NCBI GenBank assembly: GCA_028283025.1
Contig: JAPYNO010000045.1
Location: 13,895-77,894, forward strand
Reading direction: 5' to 3'
Origin: Pseudomonadales bacterium
GTDB taxonomy: Bacteria > Pseudomonadota > Gammaproteobacteria > Pseudomonadales > Azotimanducaceae
Length of the DNA: 64,000 nt
Shown here: in pieces, positions 47,755-56,282 of the stretch
Layout of the letters: every line of letters begins with the position of its first letter
How positions within the stretch are numbered: position 1 is the stretch's first letter
Notes under the pieces: model-generated
Databases searched by the model: none
What the model was told of the DNA's origin: nothing
What the model saw: only the letters and a program-made list of their open reading frames with translations
Made by a program: the position numbers and the translations under genes

Positions 47755-47802
47755 CGCCTCGCTTCGATACACTGTTCGAGTCCTGCTTTTACGCCAAGTG
47801 AC

Positions 47803-48669
47803 ATGACAGCATTCGGTATTCTTATTTTCCCAACGGATTATGCAATTCCGCCCGCGGAGCTTGCCGTGATGGTCGAAGCGCGCGGCTTCGAGTCAATGTT
47901 CTTTCCTGAGCATACGCACATTCCGGTGAGTCGCATCAGTCCTTGGCCGGGCGGTGCGGACTTGCCCAAGCAGTACTGGCACACGCACGATCCATTTGTA
48001 GCGCTCGCCATGGCGGCGCAGGCGACAAAGCGCATTATGCTTGGCACAGGCATTGCCCTTGTCACCGAGCGTGACCCGATCCTCATGGCCAAGCAGGTCG
48101 CTACGCTCGATTTCCTGTCAGAGGGGCGGCTTGTGCTTGGGGTTGGTGCTGGCTGGAACGCAGAGGAGATGGAGAACCACGGCACGCGCTTTGCCGATCG
48201 GTGGAAGATCTTGCGCGAGCGCATACTCGCCATGAAGCGGATTTGGAACGACGATGAGGCTGAGTATCACGGCGAGTTCGTAGACTTCGATCCAATCTGG
48301 GCGTATCCGAAGCCGAAACAGCCGGGCGGCCCGAAGATCCTGATGGGCGCTGGTTCACCCTGGACTTGGGGGCGTATCGCTGAGTACTGCGATGGCTGGA
48401 TGCCCATTTATCAAGACCCAGATCAAGAGGGCGGCAGGCTGTCCATTGATTTCCCAACGGGCATCACACAAATGCGAGAAGCTTGGGATGCGGCAAATCG
48501 CGACGGCGAACCCGAGCTTTGTGTCTACGGCGTGCCAGGAGACAAGGCCAAGATCGAGGCGATGATCAATTTCGGATTCAACCGACTGCTGCTCGGGCTG
48601 CCTTCCGCGCATCGAGACAAGATTGAACCAATCTTGGATCAATATGCCAAGCTATTGGAATCATTCTGA
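47803..48669 (+). CDS. Luciferase-like monooxygenase (LLM) family oxidoreductase, second copy
   Basis: FFPEHTHIP and SEGRLVLGVGAGWNAEEMENHG. 288 aa. Confidence 0.7.
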   Translation: MTAFGILIFPTDYAIPPAELAVMVEARGFESMFFPEHTHIPVSRISPWPGGADLPKQYWHTHDPFVALAMAAQATKRIMLGTGIALVTERDPILMAKQVATLDFLSEGRLVLGVGAGWNAEEMENHGTRFADRWKILRERILAMKRIWNDDEAEYHGEFVDFDPIWAYPKPKQPGGPKILMGAGSPWTWGRIAEYCDGWMPIYQDPDQEGGRLSIDFPTGITQMREAWDAANRDGEPELCVYGVPGDKAKIEAMINFGFNRLLLGLPSAHRDKIEPILDQYAKLLESF

Positions 48670-48677
48670 AAAACACC

Positions 48678-49520
48678 ATGTCTGACGCGCGGTTTGGTTA
48701 TTATGAACCTTGCGAGCTGAGCATTTCGGCGCAAGGCGCGTATCTTGAGTTCGCGATTGAACTCAGCAAAGCTGCAGCGAAGGCGATATTGCCCTACTTC
48801 AGGCCCGAAGCGATCAATACTGAAACCGAGGTTGAGAACAAGAGCAGAGAAGGCTACGACCCGGTCACGCAAGCAGACCGAGGCGCAGAACAGGCAATGC
48901 GCCATCTCATTGCCGAAAGATTCCCAGACCATGGCGTGTTCGGCGAAGAGTTTGGATTCTCAAAAGGCGCGGGCCTGACCTGGGTGCTCGACCCAATTGA
49001 CGGCACGCGCGCCTTCGTCATGGGGCTTCTTCATTGGGGTACGCTTGTTGCGCTTTTCGATGGCGAGCGTCCGCGCATCGGCGTGTTGCATCAGCCTTTT
49101 TTGAAGGAGATGTTCACAGGCGATTGCGAGCGCGCGTTTCAATTTTCGAGCGGTGCTAAGCGCCCGCTCGCCACGCGCCCATGCGCATCGCTTGACGAAG
49201 CCTTGTGCGCGAGTACATCGCCGGACATGTTTGCGACCGCAGGCGAGCGCATCGGTTTCGAGCGCGTGCGGAGCTTCGTGCGCGACATGCGCTACGGTAC
49301 CGACTGCTACGCCTATGCGATGCTCGCATCTGGCCATATCGACCTTGTCATTGAAGCGAGCCTCAAGCCGTATGATGTACAGGCGCTGATGCCGATCATC
49401 GAAGGCGCAGGCGGCCTGCTGACGACCTGGCAAGGAGAGAATGCCGCGATGGGTGGCGCAGTGGTCGCAAGCGGCGATCCAAGACTTCACGAACAAGTGC
49501 TTAAGGAGCTTCAATCATGA
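48678..49520 (+). CDS. Inositol monophosphatase family protein (possibly histidinol-phosphatase HisN-like)
   Basis: Motifs [11 protein letters not shown] and [12 protein letters not shown]. Confidence 0.75.
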   Translation: MSDARFGYYEPCELSISAQGAYLEFAIELSKAAAKAILPYFRPEAINTETEVENKSREGYDPVTQADRGAEQAMRHLIAERFPDHGVFGEEFGFSKGAGLTWVLDPIDGTRAFVMGLLHWGTLVALFDGERPRIGVLHQPFLKEMFTGDCERAFQFSSGAKRPLATRPCASLDEALCASTSPDMFATAGERIGFERVRSFVRDMRYGTDCYAYAMLASGHIDLVIEASLKPYDVQALMPIIEGAGGLLTTWQGENAAMGGAVVASGDPRLHEQVLKELQS

Positions 49521-49861
49521 CCAATTTAGCCGAAGCCTCGTGCGAGGCGTGCCATCAAGACGCGCCGCCTGTGGAAGGCGCTGAGCTTTCCGCCCTACTT
49601 ACAGAGCTGCCCGAATGGCGGCACGAAACGGTGGAAGGCGTGCCGCGGCTCAGTAGGGACTATCAATTCAAGAACTTTCTCGAGGCGATTGCCTTTACCA
49701 ATGCGGTCGGAGTCATTGCCGAAGAACAAGGCCACCACCCTGCGCTGCTCACCGAATGGGGCAGCGTGCGCGTTTCATGGTGGACACACAAGATCAGAGG
49801 CTTGCACCGGAACGACTTTGTGATGGCGGCGAAGACCGATCGCGCTTACGACAGCTGCTGA
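49517..49861 (+). CDS. phhB: Pterin-4-alpha-carbinolamine dehydratase
   Basis: 114 aa. [23 protein letters not shown] is the PCD signature. ATGA overlap with the preceding gene. Confidence 0.85.
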   Translation: MTNLAEASCEACHQDAPPVEGAELSALLTELPEWRHETVEGVPRLSRDYQFKNFLEAIAFTNAVGVIAEEQGHHPALLTEWGSVRVSWWTHKIRGLHRNDFVMAAKTDRAYDSC

Positions 49862-50897
49862 CCGCGCTGGCGAGATTCTCAAGGCAGGCGAGGCTGTCGT
49901 CCCAGCCAAGGCACGCATCCGTGATACTTTGTCCAAAGACAAGATCCTCTCCTTTTTCAAGCGCTTGCCGCCCTTCAATGAGATTGCTTTCAATCATCAC
50001 GCCCATGAGGTGCGAGCCGCCTTGCTTGAGATAGCTGCACAAAGAGTCACAGACATCTATTTGACGCTTGTACTGTTTTTCGCTGTTTGCGTGGCTCGTG
50101 TCAACCATCAAGCGCGTGGGCAGTTCAGCGCTTCGAAGCTGCTCGGCGCAGGCCTCCATGCTGCTTGCATCGAAGTTGGTGCGACCGCCGCCACCACGCA
50201 GGATGACATGGCAGTCGTCGTTGCCTTTGGTTGAGAAGATCGCCGAGTGCCCGTGCTTGGTGACGGATAAAAACACATGCGGATACCAGGCCGAACGCAC
50301 CGCATCGACTGCGATTTGGGTGTTGCCTTGCGTGGAGTTCTTGAAGCCGACCGGGCAGGACAGCCCGGAGGCGAGCTGCCTGTGGACTTGGCTCTCGGTG
50401 GTGCGCGCGCCGATTGCCGCCCATGAGACGACATCGCCCAAGTATTGCGGTGAAATGGGATCAAGGTATTCGGTGCCAGCGGGCAGCCCAAGCTCAGTGA
50501 TGTCGCGAAGCAGGGCGCGGCCTCGCTTGAGCCCTTCGTTGATGTCGCAGGAATCATTGAGGTGTGGATCGTTCAGCAGCCCTTTCCAGCCGATGATCGT
50601 GCGCGGCTTCTCGAAATAGACGCGCATGATCACGAGCAGCTCGTTCTCAAAGCGATTCGCCTGCTCATACAAGCGCTCGGCGTAGACGAGCGCGGCCTTG
50701 GGGTCGTGAATCGAGCAGGGGCCGATGATGACCAAGAGGCGTGGGTCACTGCCGCGCAGCATGTCGCGAATCTGCGCTCGTGCCTCGAACACGACTTTGG
50801 ATGAGCGCTCGCTGAGCGGCAGTTCGGCCACTAGGTCGGCGGGCGCGATGACTTCCTCTTGTCCTGCAATGCGAGTGTCATCGGTGATATATCTCAT
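49794..50897 (-). CDS. 3-deoxy-7-phosphoheptulonate (DAHP) synthase, class I, paralog 2
   Basis: [10 protein letters not shown]..., [49 protein letters not shown] and [12 protein letters not shown]-terminal extension of about 15 aa overlaps the phhB 3' end on the opposite strand. Confidence 0.92.
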   Translation of the reverse strand: MRYITDDTRIAGQEEVIAPADLVAELPLSERSSKVVFEARAQIRDMLRGSDPRLLVIIGPCSIHDPKAALVYAERLYEQANRFENELLVIMRVYFEKPRTIIGWKGLLNDPHLNDSCDINEGLKRGRALLRDITELGLPAGTEYLDPISPQYLGDVVSWAAIGARTTESQVHRQLASGLSCPVGFKNSTQGNTQIAVDAVRSAWYPHVFLSVTKHGHSAIFSTKGNDDCHVILRGGGGRTNFDASSMEACAEQLRSAELPTRLMVDTSHANSEKQYKRQIDVCDSLCSYLKQGGSHLMGVMIESNLIEGRQALEKGEDLVFGQSITDACLGWDDSLACLENLASAVSSCRKRDRSSPPSQSRSGASL

Positions 50898-50898
50898 G
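50890..50898. repeat. 9-bp direct repeat TATCTCATG, left copy (candidate target-site duplication of the IS/ankyrin block)
   Basis: It sits immediately left of the IS terminal sequence CTACTGTCCGG (50899). An identical 9-mer lies at 53382-53390. Confidence 0.55.
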
Positions 50899-51244
50899 CT
50901 ACTGTCCGGTGAAATTATCGAATAAATTTAACTGTCTAGGGAGCGCGGAATTTTCGGAAGTGTAGCCGGTGTCTGTAAGTCTTTCATTCAACGGGATTTT
51001 TTCGAACAGCGTGACCGACAGGCCCTGTAGCAGGGTGTAAAGCGAGGCGTTGAGTCGAGGCGCTTCTGGCGATGGCCACGAGCAGGTGCACGGAGACGGC
51101 GGTCCTGCACCTTGACTGCGTTCTCCGATGTGCCGTGGAACTTCCTGATGCGTAGATGCTGCTTGATCCATTTGAAGAACAGCTCCACCTGCCACCAGGA
51201 TTTGTGCAGCTGGCAGACGGTCGGCGGCGGCTCGAAGAGGTTGG
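50899..51244 (-). mobile_element. Degenerate 3'-terminal fragment (~346 bp) of an IS4-family element
   Basis: It aligns by eye at roughly 90% identity, with indels that break the frame, to 52316-52670. That includes the terminal CTACTGTCCGG and the Y-2-R-3-E-6-K-encoding region. Homology stops at 51244. Confidence 0.8.
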
Positions 51245-51324
51245 CACTACCACACATGTTCGATCTAACATAATTCCAATTTCGAGACATGCATTCGGTC
51301 TATCTTGTGTCGTACTCACGACAT

Positions 51325-52284
51325 TTATTCTTCCGCGCCCGCTTCTCGTAGCGCCCACACAACGGCCGCATTGCCTCTTTTTTCCGCCACGTCAAGCGGC
51401 GTACTGCCGGCTTCGGCCTTGGCGTTCACGTCCGCGCCCGCCTCGATTAGCAGTTCCGCTAAGTCCCAGTGCCCATGCAATGCCGCATCGTGAAGTGGCG
51501 TTCTGCCGTAGTCGTCCTTGGCATTCACGTCCGCGTCTGCTTCGATCAGCAGTTCCGCTATGTCCGCTTTGCCCTGGAATGCCGCCCCGTGAAGCGGCGT
51601 AGCGCCGCCGTCGCCCTTGGCGCTCACGTCCGCACCTGCTTGGATCAGATCATCCGCTATCAGCGCATGTTTTTTGTCCGCATCGTTCTCCTTGCCGTAA
51701 CGCTTTCCCAGCATTCGTAGATGAAGCGGTGTGTTCCCATGCTCGTCCTTGGAGTTCACGTCCGCGCCCGCCCCAATCAGCACACGCACCACGTCCGCAT
51801 GTCCTACAAACGCTGCATAGACAAGCGGCGTTCTGCCGCTGTCGTGCTTGGCGTTCATGTCTGCGCCCGCCTCGATCAGAATTTCCACCATGTCCACTTT
51901 GCCCTGGAGTGCCGCCCTGTGAAGCGGTGTAGCGCCGTCGTCATCCTTGGCGTTCATGTTCGCGCCTGCCTCAATCAGCATTTCCACCATGTCCGCTTCG
52001 CCGGACTCTGCCGCCGCGTGAAGCGGCGTATAGCCACCTTTGTATTTGGCGTTCACGTCCGCGCCTTCCTTGATCAGCTTCCACGCCTCTTCTAGCCTGC
52101 CATTGTGTACCGCAAGATGTAGCTCAGTCCCACCAAGCCTTGCAAAGCAAAACACCACCAGAACAGTCAAGGACACAAGAAGAAGAAGAAGAAGAAGAAG
52201 AAGAAAGGTAGACCATACCCAGCCTAGAAATATAAACAGTACCGCTAATGCTACTAGGGTAATAATCCGTTTCATATTCTTCAT
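51325..52284 (-). CDS. Membrane-anchored ankyrin-repeat protein (about 7 ANK repeats)
   Basis: Repeated G.TPLH.AA..G..D...LLIEAGADVNAKD units. The N-terminal hydrophobic segment includes L9. The start is uncertain: ATG at 52284 or 52275, while the track GTG at 52314 lies inside the IS inverted repeat. Confidence 0.85.
   Translation of the reverse strand: MKNMKRIITLVALAVLFIFLGWVWSTFLLLLLLLLLVSLTVLVVFCFARLGGTELHLAVHNGRLEEAWKLIKEGADVNAKYKGGYTPLHAAAESGEADMVEMLIEAGANMNAKDDDGATPLHRAALQGKVDMVEILIEAGADMNAKHDSGRTPLVYAAFVGHADVVRVLIGAGADVNSKDEHGNTPLHLRMLGKRYGKENDADKKHALIADDLIQAGADVSAKGDGGATPLHGAAFQGKADIAELLIEADADVNAKDDYGRTPLHDAALHGHWDLAELLIEAGADVNAKAEAGSTPLDVAEKRGNAAVVWALREAGAEE
52177..52203. repeat. 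Trinucleotide repeat (AAG)9 on the plus strand, equal to (CTT)9 in the ankyrin gene, encoding Leu9
   Basis: Read directly from the sequence. It is in frame within the predicted N-terminal TM segment FLLLLLLLLLVSL. Confidence 0.95.
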
Positions 52285-52313
52285 TCGTCTATTCCCATTG
52301 TTTCTTTTCCTCA

Positions 52314-53380
52314 CACTACTGTCCGGCGAAATTATTCGATAAATTCAACTGTCTAGGGAGCGTGGAATTTTCGGAAGTGTAGCCGGTGTCTGTTAAGTCG
52401 TTCATTCAACGGGATTTTTTCGAACAGCGTGACCGACAGGACCTGTAGCAGAGTGTGAAGCGAAGCGTTGATGCTGAGGCGCTTCCTGGCGATGGCGACG
52501 AGCAGGTGCACGGAGACGGCAGTCCAGATCTGCACCTTGACCGCGTTCTCCGATGTGCCGTGGAACTTCCTGATGCGTAGATGCTGCTTGATCCATTTGA
52601 AGAACAGCTCCACCTGCCACCGGGCCTTGTACAGCTGGCAGACGGTCGGCGGCGGCTCGAAGAGGTTGGTCAGGAAGACCAGCGTCCTGCGCGTGTCTGG
52701 GTCCTTGAAGCGAATGCGCCGCAGGTGCCGCGGATAGTGCCTGCGGGTGTCGGCACCCGTCGTCGCCACGGTCTGGTCGCAGACGATCCCCTGTTCGCGG
52801 TCGCTCGGCGCCGAGTAGACGCGCCGGAGGCCGGTGTTCGACTTGGCGCGCGTGACGAAGAACGCGCCCGCCTCGTCGAGCGCGCAGAGGCGCTTGAAGT
52901 CGAGGTAGGCGCGGTCCATCACATAGATGGCCGCGGGCTCGGGGATCATGAGGTCGAGGACATTGATGTCATGCAGCCTGCCGTCGGAGACATGGATGAA
53001 GCTCGGGATGTTGCCGCGCAGGTCGAGCAGGGTGTGCATCCTGACCGCCGCCTTGGTGGCGCGGAACGACGCCCAGGGGAACAGCGACAGGCAGAGGTCG
53101 ATGGTGGTGGAGTCCAGTGCGTACACGGTGTTCGACAGGCCCACTGCCAAGGACTCCTCGGCGCGCATCTCCCGCGCCTGCGCGATGAGCCGCTGCGCGA
53201 AGTCGGCGTAGATCCGCCAGTCGCGCCGCTCGTTGGCGTCGGCCAGGGTGGAGCGCCTGACCGGCGAGCGGATGCCCATGTGGTAGAGCTTGGCCGACTG
53301 CGCCGACAGGCAGGCCTCGATGTCGCGCAGGCTTTCCCTGTAGGTCAACTGCACCTTCAGAAGTTAACCGGACAGTAGTG
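52314..53380 (-). mobile_element. IS4-family insertion sequence (1067 bp) with perfect 13-bp terminal inverted repeats, internally 5'-deleted
   Basis: CACTACTGTCCGG lies at 52314-52326 and its reverse complement CCGGACAGTAGTG at 53368-53380. The 9 bp directly flanking this copy differ (TTTTCCTCA versus GTATCTCAT), so this copy has no target-site duplication of its own. Confidence 0.8.
52353..53354 (-). CDS. IS4-family DDE transposase, apparently lacking the N-terminal ~50 aa
   Basis: Signature YKARWQVELFFKWIK (Y-2-R-3-E-6-K), plus VMDRAYLDF. The ORF begins with GTG at ...QLTYRESLRDIEACL, a segment that in full-length relatives as I recall them lies about 50 aa inside the protein. An in-frame TAA sits just upstream, next to the inverted repeat. 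Confidence 0.7.
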   Translation of the reverse strand: MQLTYRESLRDIEACLSAQSAKLYHMGIRSPVRRSTLADANERRDWRIYADFAQRLIAQAREMRAEESLAVGLSNTVYALDSTTIDLCLSLFPWASFRATKAAVRMHTLLDLRGNIPSFIHVSDGRLHDINVLDLMIPEPAAIYVMDRAYLDFKRLCALDEAGAFFVTRAKSNTGLRRVYSAPSDREQGIVCDQTVATTGADTRRHYPRHLRRIRFKDPDTRRTLVFLTNLFEPPPTVCQLYKARWQVELFFKWIKQHLRIRKFHGTSENAVKVQIWTAVSVHLLVAIARKRLSINASLHTLLQVLSVTLFEKIPLNERLNRHRLHFRKFHAP

Positions 53381-53381
53381 G

Positions 53382-53390
53382 TATCTCATG
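53382..53390. repeat. 9-bp direct repeat TATCTCATG, right copy
   Basis: It lies 3 nt beyond the 11-bp core of the right IS end, or 1 nt beyond the 13-bp inverted repeat. It is identical to 50890-50898. Confidence 0.55.
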
Positions 53391-56279
53391 CTATTTGGCT
53401 TCGCTTGGCTTGGTGCTTTTTCCGCCGTGCACCGATGGTTCGCAACACCACTTGGTGCGAAGTACGTCGAATTTGTCAAGATATTTCTCAGAGATACCGA
53501 GTATTTCGAAGATTCGCTCGTCAAGGTGCTTTCTTGCATCGTCTTGATAGGCTTCGTTGGCGGGCAGGAAGCAACTCGCCTTGAGTTCTTCAAAGGCATC
53601 TGCGAATTGCTTGTGCTGCACATCGCTCAAGGCTGCGCAGTCGATGGTGGGTAGATTTGGGAGCTTGGCTGTAGTCAAGCGAGATCGGCCTTGCTGCTGG
53701 CGAGTGCCGTGCCACCAGAAGAGCATCAGGCCAAGAGTTGAATTCCCCCAAAGTAGCAAAGGCATCTCATAAGCTTCATTCATTGGCAACAGGTTCGGCC
53801 AAGCGGTGCCACCGAGAGTCGAATGTGGCGTCAGGCATACGGCAACCGATTGTGAGTTGAGCTGGAAATCGAGGTTGTGATGCAATCGGGAGGCGTATTT
53901 CTGCCACATCTCGACAGCCCTCTGTTTGCAGCCTGTCCTCTCGATGCCTTCTGTGTCTGGGTGAACGATGAATTGCCGTTCTCTTTGTGCATTGTGCGCC
54001 CAGAGCACTGGGTAGGTCGGCACGCCGCTGTCTCGAATCTCCTCGATATCAAATGCGCCTCTGCCGTTGCTGCCATTGATGTCACGATGCATAAGACCTC
54101 GCCTTGCCACCTTATCCATGCTCGTCAAAGGCACGGCGTGGGCAGTGCGCGAGCGCGGCAATACGAGCGTGCCTTCGCACAGCGCCATGAGCGCATCGAT
54201 GAGACTCGAGTCGCGAATCCCTGCGGGATAGAACTTGGCGCCAGTCTCGCGTGGCATTGGGCGCATATGACCCTTTGCGAACTCGTGCGCTTCAAGGCGG
54301 GTTTGCGGTCTCTGCGTCAAGTTCGCGAAATGCACCGTCTTCGAGTGAGTTCCGCCGCCATCGATTTTGGTGGCGAGCACGAGGCATTCGGCCATGCCTG
54401 TGTCTGCCGAAAAAGCGCGGTCGGTATCGCCTGATGCGGCAATAGAGACGATGGTGATGTCGGAATAGTTGCGGGAAAGCGCTTTGCGGGCATTGTCCCA
54501 ACTCTCGCCAGAGGCAAACGAAAACGGCAGAACGAGTGCGAGTACGCCGCCTTCCTTGAGTTTGTCGTGCGCGAGGTCCATGAAGTTGGACGCAAGGCCG
54601 GCGTTTCCATGCCCAAATTGTCTGCTCGGTTGCTCTCTTAGCCGATTCGCCATTTCTCGCTGTTCGTCCTTGGATGTCGCGAACCCCGCAAACGATGGCA
54701 CCGGTACCCCTAGCTCACCTTCGTGGTTAGTTGGCCGCGTGAATGGCGGGTTCATAATCACCAAATCAAAAGTGCCGTGCCCGACCGGGAAGCCTCTGCG
54801 GTCTCCAACCGGCCTCGTGCCTGTGCCTGTCATCCGCTGCCCTGACACTTCGATTTCCTCGCTTGCGCCACTTTGCGCAAAGAGGTTCGTCGCGCTCAGC
54901 TCGGTTGTCCTCAAATCGAGTGCGCCGATGTAGATTCTGTTGCGCTCCGCTTGGATGCGCTTGGAAACCGCTTCATCGGTTCCATACGGCATGACGTGCA
55001 CGAGCGAATCGTGGTAGATGACGTCAGGGTGTGCGCTTGACAGCATTGATGTCGCAAGGTGCGCCGCCGCTGGCATGATGTCAGTGCCTACAAACACATT
55101 TTCCATGAAGTGCTTGTGCAGCGCCTCGTCATCGAGTCCGGAGCGCCGGATTTTGCGATAGACCGCCGATTGCACAGCGGATAGCAGCGTGCCGGTGCCG
55201 CACGCGAAGTCGGCGATCTTGAGCGCTTTTACGGCAGCCTCATCGGCCCAATCTACTTGCATGCGCTGGGCGGCAAGTTCTGCGAGCAACGCAGCAGATT
55301 CCGGCAGCGTGTAGAAGGTGGCGAGGAATTTTCGATCAGCGATGAGCGTTTGGAACATTCTCGCGCCAAGATCATGGAAAGTAGTGGCGCCGAGTTTTTT
55401 GAGTGAGGTTGCTACGGCATCGGCTCTATCCATGAGCTCGACGGCATCCCGCGTGGTCAGCTCATAGGCAAGATCATGCGCAATGCTAAAGATAGGCCAA
55501 TAGTTCACTTCTAGTATCTTTCTCCAGTTTCGCTTCACCCATCTGGGATTAAAAGACCCCGTTGCGCCCAAGGCGCTCTCAACGCTCGGGATGCCGGTGC
55601 GCCCTTCGATCGCGTGGTGAAACACAAACGCATTGATGATGATCGCCACAGCCATTCTCACTGTCTGCTCGCCGGGCTCTTGGTGCAGGACATCGCCGAG
55701 CGCATCAAGCGATGCAAAGGTTTGGCGAAGCACATGGCTTGCTTGGGAGACCCCAAGAAAAAGCGTTTCAGCGCCTTCAACAATTCGCTTCTCGGAAAGC
55801 GATGCGATTTCGACCGCATCGGCAAGGTCATCAACGCCGCCTTCGAGCCATCCGGTGATATGCTTCGGCCACCGCAGGATGCGACTGTTCGTGCCGAGCT
55901 GGTAGATGGCGTACTTAAAGCGAGATTGGGCAATGCCGGCGGCCGTCAAGCCTTGCGGCCATTTCACTGCGATTGCGGCCTCGATGACGGCGCCTCTGTC
56001 GCCGACCTGAAGACCGATACGTTCTTTCGTTTGCTTATGTAGCGCCCTGTTGACGCTATTGGCGCTCGGTGCTTCAAACTTGGTTTCGATTGCGACTGGC
56101 TGCGCGCCAGGGGAATTCACCAACACATCGAGCCTCAGCATGGATTTGCCTTGAATCGTGCCGGTGGAGTCGATGTGCACATTGCCTTCGTTCCATAGCG
56201 GATGCCGCTTAATGAGCAATTCGCCGAGCTTGGCGTTCAGCACCTCTTCGCGCTGTTTAGGTGTTGGGATTGTGGCCAC
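53391..56279 (-). CDS. 962-aa fusion of a PD-(D/E)xK-like N-terminal region, a gamma-class N6-adenine DNA methyltransferase core and a large unassigned C-terminal domain (Type IIG/IIL-like)
   Basis: Motifs read directly: aa 322-327 FYTLPE; aa 357-363 DFACGTG (nt 55191-55211); aa 510-513 NPPF (nt 54741-54752); aa 51-67 D-x13-E-T-K. GTG start with no clear SD. The MTase call is strong. The nuclease call is inference. Confidence 0.65.
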   Translation of the reverse strand: MATIPTPKQREEVLNAKLGELLIKRHPLWNEGNVHIDSTGTIQGKSMLRLDVLVNSPGAQPVAIETKFEAPSANSVNRALHKQTKERIGLQVGDRGAVIEAAIAVKWPQGLTAAGIAQSRFKYAIYQLGTNSRILRWPKHITGWLEGGVDDLADAVEIASLSEKRIVEGAETLFLGVSQASHVLRQTFASLDALGDVLHQEPGEQTVRMAVAIIINAFVFHHAIEGRTGIPSVESALGATGSFNPRWVKRNWRKILEVNYWPIFSIAHDLAYELTTRDAVELMDRADAVATSLKKLGATTFHDLGARMFQTLIADRKFLATFYTLPESAALLAELAAQRMQVDWADEAAVKALKIADFACGTGTLLSAVQSAVYRKIRRSGLDDEALHKHFMENVFVGTDIMPAAAHLATSMLSSAHPDVIYHDSLVHVMPYGTDEAVSKRIQAERNRIYIGALDLRTTELSATNLFAQSGASEEIEVSGQRMTGTGTRPVGDRRGFPVGHGTFDLVIMNPPFTRPTNHEGELGVPVPSFAGFATSKDEQREMANRLREQPSRQFGHGNAGLASNFMDLAHDKLKEGGVLALVLPFSFASGESWDNARKALSRNYSDITIVSIAASGDTDRAFSADTGMAECLVLATKIDGGGTHSKTVHFANLTQRPQTRLEAHEFAKGHMRPMPRETGAKFYPAGIRDSSLIDALMALCEGTLVLPRSRTAHAVPLTSMDKVARRGLMHRDINGSNGRGAFDIEEIRDSGVPTYPVLWAHNAQRERQFIVHPDTEGIERTGCKQRAVEMWQKYASRLHHNLDFQLNSQSVAVCLTPHSTLGGTAWPNLLPMNEAYEMPLLLWGNSTLGLMLFWWHGTRQQQGRSRLTTAKLPNLPTIDCAALSDVQHKQFADAFEELKASCFLPANEAYQDDARKHLDERIFEILGISEKYLDKFDVLRTKWCCEPSVHGGKSTKPSEAK

Positions 56280-56282
56280 CGG

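Noticed and set aside
51340-52140. Regular ~99-bp periodic DNA repeats that could be mistaken for a CRISPR array or a satellite
   Set aside because: They are in frame and encode consecutive 33-aa ankyrin repeats of one ORF. There are no unique spacers between short identical repeats.
52581-53378. 265-aa plus-strand ORF inside the IS (also 51156-51602 and similar ORFs inside the ankyrin gene)
   Set aside because: It is antisense to the transposase with no recognisable motifs. It looks like a typical GC-rich mirror frame.
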